From: a virus
Lineage: Duplodnaviria; Caudoviricetes
Strand: one strand, 5' to 3'
Virus record (IMG/VR): IMGVR_UViG_3300034161_000008
Location: 64,001-128,000 of that record
Length of the DNA stretch: 64,000 nt
A model generated the notes under the pieces. That model searched no databases. It was given only the letters and a program-made list of their open reading frames with translations, and was not told where the DNA came from. Position numbers and translations under genes: made by a program. This document shows positions 19,352-27,787 of the stretch, piece after piece (positions within the stretch are counted from its first letter, which is position 1; each line of letters begins with the position of its first letter).

Positions 19352-20161
19352 ATGTCAATCTCCTATAACACCGGTGGTGGCTACCTCAAGATCAAGCAAC
19401 CGTGGATCAACATCAACGGTGGCTGGTATCCTGCCAAGAAAGTCTCGTACAATCTTGGTGGGACTTGGAAAGAAGTGTGGCCAATGCAGCGTGTTTACAC
19501 TTGGGTTGGGACAGGGTACGGACTGAACATCCAAGCCCTGTTTGGCTATCCAACTGAACCTGCCCAGTTCATCTTCATCAACAACGGCGTGATCGGTGGT
19601 TCTGGCAAAGACTTTGCTTTGATCACCGGTACATTCCCAGCCGGTTCCACGCTGACGATCATCAACAACGGCTATATCCAGGGTATGGGTGGTGAAGGTG
19701 CGAGCTACTTGGGTCGCAACATTTACAACAACGCAGGTGTAGGCGGCAACGCTCTGTACCTGCAATACCCAACCGACCTCCAGAACAACGGCTACATCTG
19801 GGGTGGCGGTGGTGGCGGTGGTGCTGGTTCTGAAGTGGGTGGTTCCAACGACAACTCGGCTCCGGGTGGCGGTGGTGCTGGTGTTCCTGGTGGTGTAACT
19901 AACCTCTCGCCTTGGCGTCCGGGTTACTACTACGCAGCTACCCCCGGTACACAAACGGCGGGTGGTGTTAACCCATCGTGGGGTGGTAACGGCGTGGGTG
20001 GTGGTCCTGGCCTGGCTGGCGGGAACTGGTTCGTCGCCATTGGTTCGAGTGCGATTTACATGTCCGCTGGTGCAGGGCCAGGTAAGTCGATTATCAATAC
20101 CGGTTATCTGACGTCCATCACTGGCAACAACAGTAACCAAGTCAGAGGTCCAATGACATGA
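19352..20161 (+). CDS. Glycine-rich tail-fibre adhesin, T-even gp38-like
   Basis: Trp-rich N-terminus followed by ordered Gly motifs GMGGEG, GGNAL, NNGYIWGGGGGGG, PGGGGAG, GGGPGLAGG and AGPG; RBS AGGAGG. Confidence 0.75.
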   Translation: MSISYNTGGGYLKIKQPWININGGWYPAKKVSYNLGGTWKEVWPMQRVYTWVGTGYGLNIQALFGYPTEPAQFIFINNGVIGGSGKDFALITGTFPAGSTLTIINNGYIQGMGGEGASYLGRNIYNNAGVGGNALYLQYPTDLQNNGYIWGGGGGGGAGSEVGGSNDNSAPGGGGAGVPGGVTNLSPWRPGYYYAATPGTQTAGGVNPSWGGNGVGGGPGLAGGNWFVAIGSSAIYMSAGAGPGKSIINTGYLTSITGNNSNQVRGPMT

Positions 20162-20853
20162 CAGAAAACCAAACTGCTGGGTTGTTCCTTGTGGGCAACC
20201 TGGTACTCGGTGACAAAACCATCCAGCAGGCTTTCTGCCGGATCATCGAGGCTACTCTGTGCAGTGCGCAGTCTCCCCAAACGGCACGATTGCTCACTTA
20301 CAAGGTGGGCGTTTGGGATCATGAACCTGCTCCAGCTGAAAAGCCTCAGGTCTACGCCTGCGGTGCTTCTAAACAAAGCACATTCAGCTTGCGTGTGGGT
20401 TTGGACTTGGTCCTCGATTTGGAGACCGTGCAGTCCAACGCGATCAAGCATTTCCTGACATTGGTGGTGATGGGTAAGCCTATCCGAACCACTGAGGATT
20501 CGATGGTGCAACTCTACAGCGCTAACCAAGCGCCGTGGACTCACGCTACCGAAGACTTGGGCATGACGTTCTCTCTGAGCGACGTCCAGCATCATGTCAA
20601 CTACCGGGCAGTAGACGGTGAGGCTTTGGGCTTGCTGTACAGCCAGACGTCTTACAAGGCCGTTGTGCTGAACAACAGAGTAGTCAAGGACATCAACTGG
20701 GGCCGTATCGATTGGGCTGCGATTCCTCGCATCACTTTCGCCAGTGAGTTCACTGATCCAACCACCATGGTGTCGGAAGCAGCTGCAAACTTCCAGACCC
20801 CTGGAGTCCAGTCTGCTTTCCTCGCCAGTATTCGAAAGCAACAGGCAGGTTAA
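20158..20853 (+). CDS. Hypothetical protein in tail/lysis operon
   Basis: ATGA overlap with the adhesin gene. Confidence 0.75.
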   Translation: MTENQTAGLFLVGNLVLGDKTIQQAFCRIIEATLCSAQSPQTARLLTYKVGVWDHEPAPAEKPQVYACGASKQSTFSLRVGLDLVLDLETVQSNAIKHFLTLVVMGKPIRTTEDSMVQLYSANQAPWTHATEDLGMTFSLSDVQHHVNYRAVDGEALGLLYSQTSYKAVVLNNRVVKDINWGRIDWAAIPRITFASEFTDPTTMVSEAAANFQTPGVQSAFLASIRKQQAG

Positions 20854-20856
20854 CAA

Positions 20857-21399
20857 ATGGATTTCACTCCTTCGCTCCTTCGTAAGCAAGACATCCCCGA
20901 GGCAGGTTATTCTCTCTATGCGTGGCCTTGTGTGCGCGCTTCTGAGTACCTTGGGGAAGATTGCTGGCAAACCATCAAGGCTTTGAAGTTCGGCGTCCCT
21001 GAGGGCGTTGGCAACGAAGACTATAAAGACGTTACCATCACGGTTCCAGCTGGGTACATTGTGCTGCGTCAAAAGCTGCCATGGACTCTGCGATGGCTGG
21101 CTCCGATTTGGGGGCGGCATCAAACTGCCTCGATTCTCTATCAGTTCATGAGTGAGCAGTCGACGGCAATGGTTGGTGGCAAGCTGCATCGTTGGACTCG
21201 GCGTGAAGTCCATTACTCTGTACTGGGTACGATCGGCAACGACATTCGTATCCCGGTTTGGAAACGACTGGTAATGACTGCGCACTTTGCGTGGTTGGCA
21301 CGCAAGCGTTACTACGACGCTGCGCCCACGGAAACCCGTCTGTTCTTTGAAATCGAAATGGAACAGAACCGAGCCCAAAAAAAGGCGGTGAGTAAATGA
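20857..21399 (+). CDS. DUF1353-like protein
   Basis: ITVPAGY...P..L.W..PIWG.H.TAS.LY pattern resembles DUF1353 (ITVP.GF.TD.AS.P...P.G....AA..HD.LY). Confidence 0.6.
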   Translation: MDFTPSLLRKQDIPEAGYSLYAWPCVRASEYLGEDCWQTIKALKFGVPEGVGNEDYKDVTITVPAGYIVLRQKLPWTLRWLAPIWGRHQTASILYQFMSEQSTAMVGGKLHRWTRREVHYSVLGTIGNDIRIPVWKRLVMTAHFAWLARKRYYDAAPTETRLFFEIEMEQNRAQKKAVSK

Positions 21400-22007
21400 T
21401 CGAGTTAACCGATACACGCGACCAGATGATCACCCGCATCGCTGGCGTGGAAGCGGGCTACGTGAACAACCCGAACGACAAAGGCGGTGAAACCAATCAC
21501 GGTATCACCAAAGCGGTCGCTCTGGAAAACTCTGCTGACTTGCAAAAGCTGTTCCAGTGGGACGGCACCATGAAGAATCTGTCCTCGGCGGCAGCTTTGT
21601 GGATCTACAAGCAGAAATACTGGGACAAGATGATGCTGGATGCGATCTATCAAATCTCGCCTTCGTGCGCAGACAAGATGCTCGACATCGGTATCAACTC
21701 CGGTACTGCTGCGTCCGTTACGATCTTGCAGAAGTTCCTTTCTGCTTTGAACGTGCAGGCGACCCTGTACCCTGATCTGGCGCTGGATGGCGGGATGGGC
21801 ACCAAGACTATTGGTGCACTGAACACGTTGATTGCCAAGCGCGGTCAGAAAGAAGTGGTTCAACGCCTGGCCATGACTTTGATGTCGTACCAAGTGGTGA
21901 ATGCGATCGAGATCTCCAACGGCCGTGCCGCAAACGAAACGTTCACCTGGGGTTGGTTGAACCGTCAGTGGGATGGTGTGATTCGTTACATCGGTCTGAC
22001 CAAGTAA
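21396..22007 (+). CDS. Endolysin: GH108 N-acetylmuramidase with peptidoglycan-binding domain
   Basis: EAGYVNNPNDKGGETNHGIT, IYKQKYW, DIGINSG, LDGGMGTKTIGAL and FTWGWLNR. Confidence 0.92.
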   Translation: MIELTDTRDQMITRIAGVEAGYVNNPNDKGGETNHGITKAVALENSADLQKLFQWDGTMKNLSSAAALWIYKQKYWDKMMLDAIYQISPSCADKMLDIGINSGTAASVTILQKFLSALNVQATLYPDLALDGGMGTKTIGALNTLIAKRGQKEVVQRLAMTLMSYQVVNAIEISNGRAANETFTWGWLNRQWDGVIRYIGLTK

Positions 22008-22012
22008 TCGCA

Positions 22013-22040
22013 GCCCGTCCACTTCGGTGGGCGGGTTTCA
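22013..22040 (+). terminator. Stem-loop with UUCG loop after endolysin (weak intrinsic terminator)
   Basis: GCCCGTCCAC ttcg GTGGGCGGGT ttc. Confidence 0.55.
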
Positions 22041-22055
22041 CACTGGAGACTCATC

Positions 22056-22634
22056 GTGGAAAACGATTACAACAAACCCTCAGAAGTGCTGGTATACGAC
22101 CTGATCGTTTATGCCAACGGAACGGCAGTCCCACATTCGGATCTAGTGTTCGGTTTGCCAGAAGCGTTCGCTCCTTATGCCTCAGATCCACTTCGGCGAG
22201 ATACGCGCGTTACTGTTTCAGCTTTGTTGTATCCATTTGCCCGCCAAAGAGGCAAAGTGGTACTGACGTATCGCCGTTTAGCACTGGAACAATTTATACC
22301 AGAGTTTGAAGACGTACCGATTGAAGTTCTACGTCTGCCATTCACTGCGCACCAAGTCCTACCACAGATCAACGCACGCTACGGCTTGAGTCTGTCTGTG
22401 CTGGACATTGAAGACACTTTGTTTAGCGAAGCATCGACAACCTACGGCATCAAGGCTCGAGCAGAGTCGTTGGCGTGGCAAGGCGTGCTTGAGATCGAGA
22501 CGACTTACATCGAGACTCGATTGGACGAACTGATCCGCGTGACTTCCCTTGATGGTTTCCATTACGTGAACTACCAAGGCGATCTTAGCGATCTGATCGT
22601 CGAGACACAACTCAGTGGTTTTGATGCGGCATAA
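22056..22634 (+). CDS. Tail-associated paralog-family protein
   Basis: RDTRVTV...GKVVLTYRRLAL...QINARYGLSL..LDI...AESLAWQG domain plus two L..LI..T.L.GF motifs; domain shared with 26136-29603 and 59623-60027. Confidence 0.7.
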   Translation: MENDYNKPSEVLVYDLIVYANGTAVPHSDLVFGLPEAFAPYASDPLRRDTRVTVSALLYPFARQRGKVVLTYRRLALEQFIPEFEDVPIEVLRLPFTAHQVLPQINARYGLSLSVLDIEDTLFSEASTTYGIKARAESLAWQGVLEIETTYIETRLDELIRVTSLDGFHYVNYQGDLSDLIVETQLSGFDAA

Positions 22635-22698
22635 GGCACCTCCCTGAAGCATCCTAGCCTTTAGAGGGCTCAGGTGCTTCAGGGAGGCTCTATGCTGC
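22626..22698. terminator. Long CATA-hairpin-TATG element between convergent genes
   Basis: gcggcataa..CCTCCCTGAAGCATCCT / AGGTGCTTCAGGGAGG ctctatgctg. Confidence 0.75.
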
Positions 22699-22759
22699 TG
22701 CGTAAGGCGTTTGCTACACAAACCGATACCATTTAAAGGCTACCTGTCTGTCACGGCTC

Positions 22760-23401
22760 TCAGATGCCTGTGGAGACTTTCTGATTCTTGGTCAGGAACT
22801 CTTGAGAGTAGAGTGCAGTTACGCGCGCTTCTTCTTCAGGAGTACGTTGGCCATTGCCGTTGGTGATGATGTCGCGGAACTCAATCGGGAGAGGCGGAAC
22901 CGCGTCTTGACGATTCTTCACTTCCAGATCGATCTTGCACCAGTCGTAGTAACCACCTTCAGGTTTGTGGAACATGTCCACTTCCCATACAAGGTCACTG
23001 CCATCCACCGGGAAGAAGTAACGATCCTTGATCATGCCTTTGTCGCTCAAATACTTGAACGACTCAAACATGGCCACCGTGGTTGGGACGGGCACTTCGA
23101 TCTTGTCACCAGCGCCATTGAGCTGGACTTTGGAGGTGAGTACGTACTCGGCTTCCGAAGCACCGTCTTTGACAGTCTTTCGAATGCGGATCGAGCCCTT
23201 CGCAGCGTTCTCAGCAGTTTTACCTACCTTGATTTCCCACTGCTCTTGATACTCTTTGTGGGATGCTTTAAGCAACTCATCCATGTCCGCCAAGCGTGCG
23301 TAGAACGTATGCTCGACTTCCTTGAAGGCTTTGCCATCAGCAACCTCCTCCAGAGCAAAGGAGCCATGAATAGCCCCCAACAATAATCTGCCCATCTGCA
23401 A
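22760..23401 (-). CDS. CYTH-domain (triphosphate tunnel metalloenzyme) protein
   Basis: KEVEHTFY, IRIRK, YVLTSK, KIEVPV, KDRY, WEVDMF and KIDLEV match the CYTH motif series. Confidence 0.8.
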   Translation of the reverse strand: MQMGRLLLGAIHGSFALEEVADGKAFKEVEHTFYARLADMDELLKASHKEYQEQWEIKVGKTAENAAKGSIRIRKTVKDGASEAEYVLTSKVQLNGAGDKIEVPVPTTVAMFESFKYLSDKGMIKDRYFFPVDGSDLVWEVDMFHKPEGGYYDWCKIDLEVKNRQDAVPPLPIEFRDIITNGNGQRTPEEEARVTALYSQEFLTKNQKVSTGI

Positions 23402-23404
23402 CCT

Positions 23405-23899
23405 CTAGGAACTTGGAGCCATCCATAACTGGAAGACTGGAATAATTGACTGTGCGAGGCTCACCATCCCGCTGAAGAACGGGATATCTGGGATTGCACC
23501 AGACTTGATGCCGATCACACAAACGGTCGTAACGAGGACCACTACACAGAATATGGCTGCGTAAGTGCCCATCTTTACCAACCATCGAAAGAGCTTTCGG
23601 TCTTCCAGTTGATCCAGTTGCTGGACCGAGAGATGAGGTACTCCGCATGCGTCGCTGAGTCCTGGCGTCTGCTTGTTGAGCAGTGGAGCCAGTGCTTCGG
23701 CTTGCAGGTTGGGTGGCAGCGTCAACAACGCGGCTTTAAGCTCCTTCCCTGGAGACTTTGGCGTGAGGACAGTGAGCTGGGGAAAGAACTTCACCCAGCC
23801 ATTGATAGTTTCCCCGATTTCCCAGACACCCGGAAACGAATCCAGTGGCGCTTCCGAATCGTCAGGGATAAAACTAAGTGCGTCGTTTACGAGCTCCAT
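23405..23899 (-). CDS. Membrane protein with C-terminal TM segments, holin candidate
   Basis: Hydrophobic stretch YAAIFCVVVLVTTVCVIGI plus a second amphipathic helix; directly downstream of the spanin pair. Confidence 0.5.
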   Translation of the reverse strand: MELVNDALSFIPDDSEAPLDSFPGVWEIGETINGWVKFFPQLTVLTPKSPGKELKAALLTLPPNLQAEALAPLLNKQTPGLSDACGVPHLSVQQLDQLEDRKLFRWLVKMGTYAAIFCVVVLVTTVCVIGIKSGAIPDIPFFSGMVSLAQSIIPVFQLWMAPSS

Positions 23900-23906
23900 A
23901 AAGCAC

Positions 23907-24203
23907 CTATTTTATCGTCTGGAGTTGTTTGAGCTTCCATGCTCTTAACTCTGCCCATCGGGCATTGCAGATATTAGCAAGCGCGATCTGGCGCTTGATA
24001 TTGTTGGTCAGCAGTTCTTCCCGGTCTGATTCGTTCAGCATCAGGTAGGCTGCGGTGAGGGGTGGTGGTTCAGCGAGACAATCCAGAAGCATTGCGTCGC
24101 TGGGCGCAACCAGTTTGATCTTTGTTGCTGGCGCCTGCACAATAGGTGTCCCACAACCCGTTAATGCGAGCAACGCTGATAGCATCAGCACGCTGCTTAA
24201 CAT
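23907..24203 (-). CDS. o-spanin (Rz1-like outer-membrane lipoprotein)
   Basis: Lipobox LTG-C, Pro-rich LVAPSDAMLLDCLAEPPP and C-terminal CNARW..LRAW; start embedded in the 3' end of the i-spanin in another frame. Confidence 0.85.
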   Translation of the reverse strand: MLSSVLMLSALLALTGCGTPIVQAPATKIKLVAPSDAMLLDCLAEPPPLTAAYLMLNESDREELLTNNIKRQIALANICNARWAELRAWKLKQLQTIK

Positions 24204-24540
24204 TTTCAGGAGTCGCTGGCTTATCGGCATATTCGCGCTTGATGTCTGCCACTTGCTGCTGTACTTCATTGTCCACGACCTTTTGATCAACGTCGAGCTT
24301 AGTGACAGCCTGGATCGTCTTCACAGAAGACTCCTCGGTCACAGCGTCGGTTTTCTCAGTAAGGGCTTCGGTCGCACCGGCATCTTTCAGGGTCTGCCCC
24401 TGAACTGCATTGGTCGCTACGAGCGCTGTGTTTTCTTTCGAAAGGTGCTTGATCGCGAACCAACCCAGCGCCATCACCACTAACAACGCGATGATGATCT
24501 TGGTGCTAAGCGAAAGCTTTGAAAGCAATGCCTCAATCAT
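24070..24540 (-). CDS. i-spanin (Rz-like)
   Basis: Start MIEALLSK overlaps the ruvC stop; N-terminal TM segment, coiled coil and C-terminal Cys pair (YC...GC). Confidence 0.8.
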   Translation of the reverse strand: MIEALLSKLSLSTKIIIALLVVMALGWFAIKHLSKENTALVATNAVQGQTLKDAGATEALTEKTDAVTEESSVKTIQAVTKLDVDQKVVDNEVQQQVADIKREYADKPATPENVKQRADAISVARINGLWDTYCAGASNKDQTGCAQRRNASGLSR

Positions 24541-25178
24541 TTCTTGCCCTTCTTCTTTTTCGGCTTCGGAGGAGCAGGCAGACGCAAAGGAATGCCAACC
24601 ACCATTTGCCGAATTAAGTAAAAGCGCCAAAGCGCGATTGCTATTGCGTCAATGGAGTGTTCATCCAACCACTCCAAAGGTATTTGCCCACAGTAGTTGA
24701 GCTCGTGAGCAATAGAGAGAATGGCTTCACGCACACTCTCTTTACCGCCCTGTACTTCAGCTCCAACAGCAACCTTGACCGAGGGAGGGTCGATCAAGAT
24801 CAGCTGCTTCCAACCGTCGTGGCGCATCACTGCGTATCGAATGGCTGAAACTATTTCCGTCAACGCACCGAAAGCTTGAGGCCTGCGGCGCGAGAAGAAT
24901 GGGGATTCAGCCACAATGTCCAGTGGCCAAACGTAATTGAAGATGTCCTCCAATTCCTGCTGGAGGAAGAAGATTCGGGATGCGCGATCCCCGTGGACCT
25001 CAGACAACCAGATGTTGTGCTTGTTGAGTCGGCTGCCCGTCAAGGTCTTAGCCTCGACGGCAATCAGCTGAAATGTAACAAGGTCGAACTTCAGGATAGC
25101 CACACCAAGAGTTTCAGTCCCTGGGTCGATACCAACAATGGTTGCGTGATTTGCTGAATCGTGGGGGATCGCTAACAT
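24537..25178 (-). CDS. ruvC: Holliday junction resolvase RuvC-like
   Basis: IVGIDPGT, VAESPFF, PPSVKVAVG...GKESV and HSIDAIAIA. Confidence 0.88.
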   Translation of the reverse strand: MLAIPHDSANHATIVGIDPGTETLGVAILKFDLVTFQLIAVEAKTLTGSRLNKHNIWLSEVHGDRASRIFFLQQELEDIFNYVWPLDIVAESPFFSRRRPQAFGALTEIVSAIRYAVMRHDGWKQLILIDPPSVKVAVGAEVQGGKESVREAILSIAHELNYCGQIPLEWLDEHSIDAIAIALWRFYLIRQMVVGIPLRLPAPPKPKKKKGKK

Positions 25179-25189
25179 CTTTAACTCAC

Positions 25190-26065
25190 TTAGGCGCTGG
25201 TGCCAGTAGTGGCCGTGTTGGTAACCGGATCTACGGCGAACAGAGGTTCGGTAGCGCCGACGTCCAGCAACAGGTCAACGCCGTTGTTGTTGTACTTCAT
25301 CGGGAAGAAGCAGGAGTAGTGCGAGCAAACTTGCACACCCACAGCTTCGTTGAAGTTGGTCGTAGCACCATTCACGGTGATCGGCACAACTTTGTCCACA
25401 GCCGAACACAGCTCGATCTCAGACACGATCGCGAGGTCATCGGTATCGTAGATCACGTTCGAGACGTTCAGGAACTCAGCAGCGTCCCACGCAGAGAAGC
25501 TCAGCGGAGTACGAGCAGTCGTCGAAACGTAATCGCCCGACACCACGTTCACACCAGTCGAAGCCAACGCCGACGGCACTGGGTTCAGGTTGGAGGAGTC
25601 CGGCACGAAAGGCTGAGGAGTATCGACGCCGTCTTTAACGACGTGGTATTCCATCTGCGAAACGACGCTGGTCAGATCCAGACGCTTGAGGTAGTAAGCC
25701 ACCCACGTCTTGCCCTGGTGAGTTTCTTCACGACGCAGACCATACTTCTTGCGCTCTTCGAGCGTCAGGTCATTTGTAGGCTCGCGCAGGACGAAGGGAA
25801 GGACGTTAAAGCCCGCAGCATCGGTGGCTTTGTGCTGGATGCCCTTCGGGTATTGCACACCGCCGGGGCCAGTGCCCATGGTGTGGCCGCCATTACCGAT
25901 AGAGTAATAGCGTAGGACAGGTGTCGCAGAGTCCGGCGGGAGGATGCCTGACTGGATATTGAATTTTTCATTGAGGGTCGTATTCGGCAGGATTTTGTGT
26001 TTGAGACCAAGCAGCATGTTGGTTTGCAAGTAGCTGCCGTAGGCCGTGCGAGTGATAATTTCCAC
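25190..26065 (-). CDS. Virion structural protein (phiKZ gp139-like)
   Basis: GTG start after GGAG; RTAYGSYLQT...NTTLNEKF...YYSIGNGGH...PFVLRE motifs; adjacent to ruvC as in phiKZ. Confidence 0.65.
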   Translation of the reverse strand: MEIITRTAYGSYLQTNMLLGLKHKILPNTTLNEKFNIQSGILPPDSATPVLRYYSIGNGGHTMGTGPGGVQYPKGIQHKATDAAGFNVLPFVLREPTNDLTLEERKKYGLRREETHQGKTWVAYYLKRLDLTSVVSQMEYHVVKDGVDTPQPFVPDSSNLNPVPSALASTGVNVVSGDYVSTTARTPLSFSAWDAAEFLNVSNVIYDTDDLAIVSEIELCSAVDKVVPITVNGATTNFNEAVGVQVCSHYSCFFPMKYNNNGVDLLLDVGATEPLFAVDPVTNTATTGTSA

Positions 26066-26135
26066 TAGGGAAGCTCCAGAACTGGTGTGGGTAAGGCTAC
26101 AAATAGTCACAGTATTTGCAGCCGTTGTTTAATTT

Positions 26136-26696
26136 TTACTCAGGTGCTGAGCCAGTGGCGACCGATGACAGATCAGCATCTTGGCTGTTAGGCACAGACG
26201 CAGCCAGATCCACAGTGCCCGGAGCTACAAACGAGAACAGCCAATCACCATGGAAACGCAACGAGGTGTCGGCCGTGGTCACCGTACAGTCACCGTACCC
26301 GCCTGCCATGACGTGCGAGGCATCATCACCAAAGTCATTCACTTCAATCAAGAAGCCATACTTGAGCAGCATTGCATCGATCACGTCGGTCAGCTTCACA
26401 GGAACCGACGGGATCTCAAGCACGAAACGGAAAGTGTCGATACCCAGGTTCTTGGTGCTCAGCGTGCGGTACTTGAAGATCGTGCGGCCGTAGTAACCCT
26501 TTCCAGGAATTGCTTCGGCAGTCACGCTCGCCCATGGGTCTTCAACAACCCCGCCGCTTCCCAAACCAGCCTCGACGTTTTTAACGATCCGCACCAAAGT
26601 GAGGTCCACGTCAATGTCGTACTGGTATTTGATCATTGCTTGAAGAGTGGCTGCGCCGGTCGTATTAAAGACGTCCAGACGTGGTTGGATACTCAT
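26136..26696 (-). CDS. Tail-associated paralog-family protein
   Basis: YYGRTIFKYRTL...KYGFLI...DF...DTSLRFHG shared domain. Confidence 0.7.
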   Translation of the reverse strand: MSIQPRLDVFNTTGAATLQAMIKYQYDIDVDLTLVRIVKNVEAGLGSGGVVEDPWASVTAEAIPGKGYYGRTIFKYRTLSTKNLGIDTFRFVLEIPSVPVKLTDVIDAMLLKYGFLIEVNDFGDDASHVMAGGYGDCTVTTADTSLRFHGDWLFSFVAPGTVDLAASVPNSQDADLSSVATGSAPE

Positions 26697-27787
26697 TCGT
26701 AATCTCCAGTGAAAGGGTTGTACAGCAATCCGAAAAGACGCCGCTTCTGTACAATACTAGGCAGCGGTATTTCTCCACTACCTTCGTACGTCAGGCCGTT
26801 CAAGTTCGTGACCAAGATCACACTCGACAGCAGAATCTCTTCACCTTCCACCAAACGGTAGAACAGACGAATCAAACCAATCGCACGCTTGGAATACGCA
26901 GGGTCAAGCCGCAGGATCAGGGTGTGAGTCAGCTTAGGGTTTACGGGACGCACGTCTTTAGTACGCAACACCCCGTTGTAAAGAACCTTAGCCCCAAACA
27001 CGTTCTGGAAACGCGGAGTCCGCGATGACGTCCAGCCTTCAGCCTCACCAGCCTGATGTGGAATCAGGTATCGATTGCCGAAGTCCCACGACTCAAACTC
27101 TTCTTCAAAGAGCTGGCCCGTTTGCAAGGTCTGCAAATAGGCGTGGTCACGAGTACCGTTCACCGAGAAATATTGCAACTCACCAGGAGAAGCAACGTCG
27201 GTGTCAGGGTCGATAACCAGATCTCGATACCCAGGCAGGAAACGACCGGGGTTGATCATTCGGATCAGAGGTTGCAACGTGTCCGGCGCGCAGTAGACAG
27301 GAAACTTACCCGGCTTGTAGCGGAAGGACTCATCGGCGATCTTCAACTCCAGAGGAAAACTCAACGTCGAGGAAATCAAATCCCCGTAGTTGTAGTCAAC
27401 ATCCGTGAAGCCCAAGTCCAACCCGTAGGTTTCCTTGAGCTCGGCCAGTACATCGGCTACGTCAAAATCAACCCCACTGGTGGCCAAGAAATACGGAGGC
27501 TTGGGATGGTCTCCGTCTGCCACATTGAAATACGTCTCGTACGACTGGCGTGCTGCGTAGTGCGAGTGCGTCTGTCCAAAGTAGGGACTGGAACTCTGTG
27601 CAGTGACCTGAATCCCGACGGCACTAATGCCACCCGGAAGATCTACTGCCGAAGCCGCTCGTGTGCTAACAAAAAAATCAGCAGGTGTGATCAACACATC
27701 GAACGTGTTACGAAAGCTGCTTGCCAGCAACTCTGCTTCGGGTTCAGTCAGCCACTTCGGTAAACCAAATACCTCGGGCTTGGTCAT
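26693..27787 (-). CDS. Tail-associated paralog-family protein (two-domain)
   Basis: Shared N-domain plus C-domain QNVFGAKVLYNG...NPKLTHTLILRLDPAY...G.I..FY, and L..LI..TNLNGL.Y tails. Confidence 0.75.
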   Translation of the reverse strand: MTKPEVFGLPKWLTEPEAELLASSFRNTFDVLITPADFFVSTRAASAVDLPGGISAVGIQVTAQSSSPYFGQTHSHYAARQSYETYFNVADGDHPKPPYFLATSGVDFDVADVLAELKETYGLDLGFTDVDYNYGDLISSTLSFPLELKIADESFRYKPGKFPVYCAPDTLQPLIRMINPGRFLPGYRDLVIDPDTDVASPGELQYFSVNGTRDHAYLQTLQTGQLFEEEFESWDFGNRYLIPHQAGEAEGWTSSRTPRFQNVFGAKVLYNGVLRTKDVRPVNPKLTHTLILRLDPAYSKRAIGLIRLFYRLVEGEEILLSSVILVTNLNGLTYEGSGEIPLPSIVQKRRLFGLLYNPFTGDYE

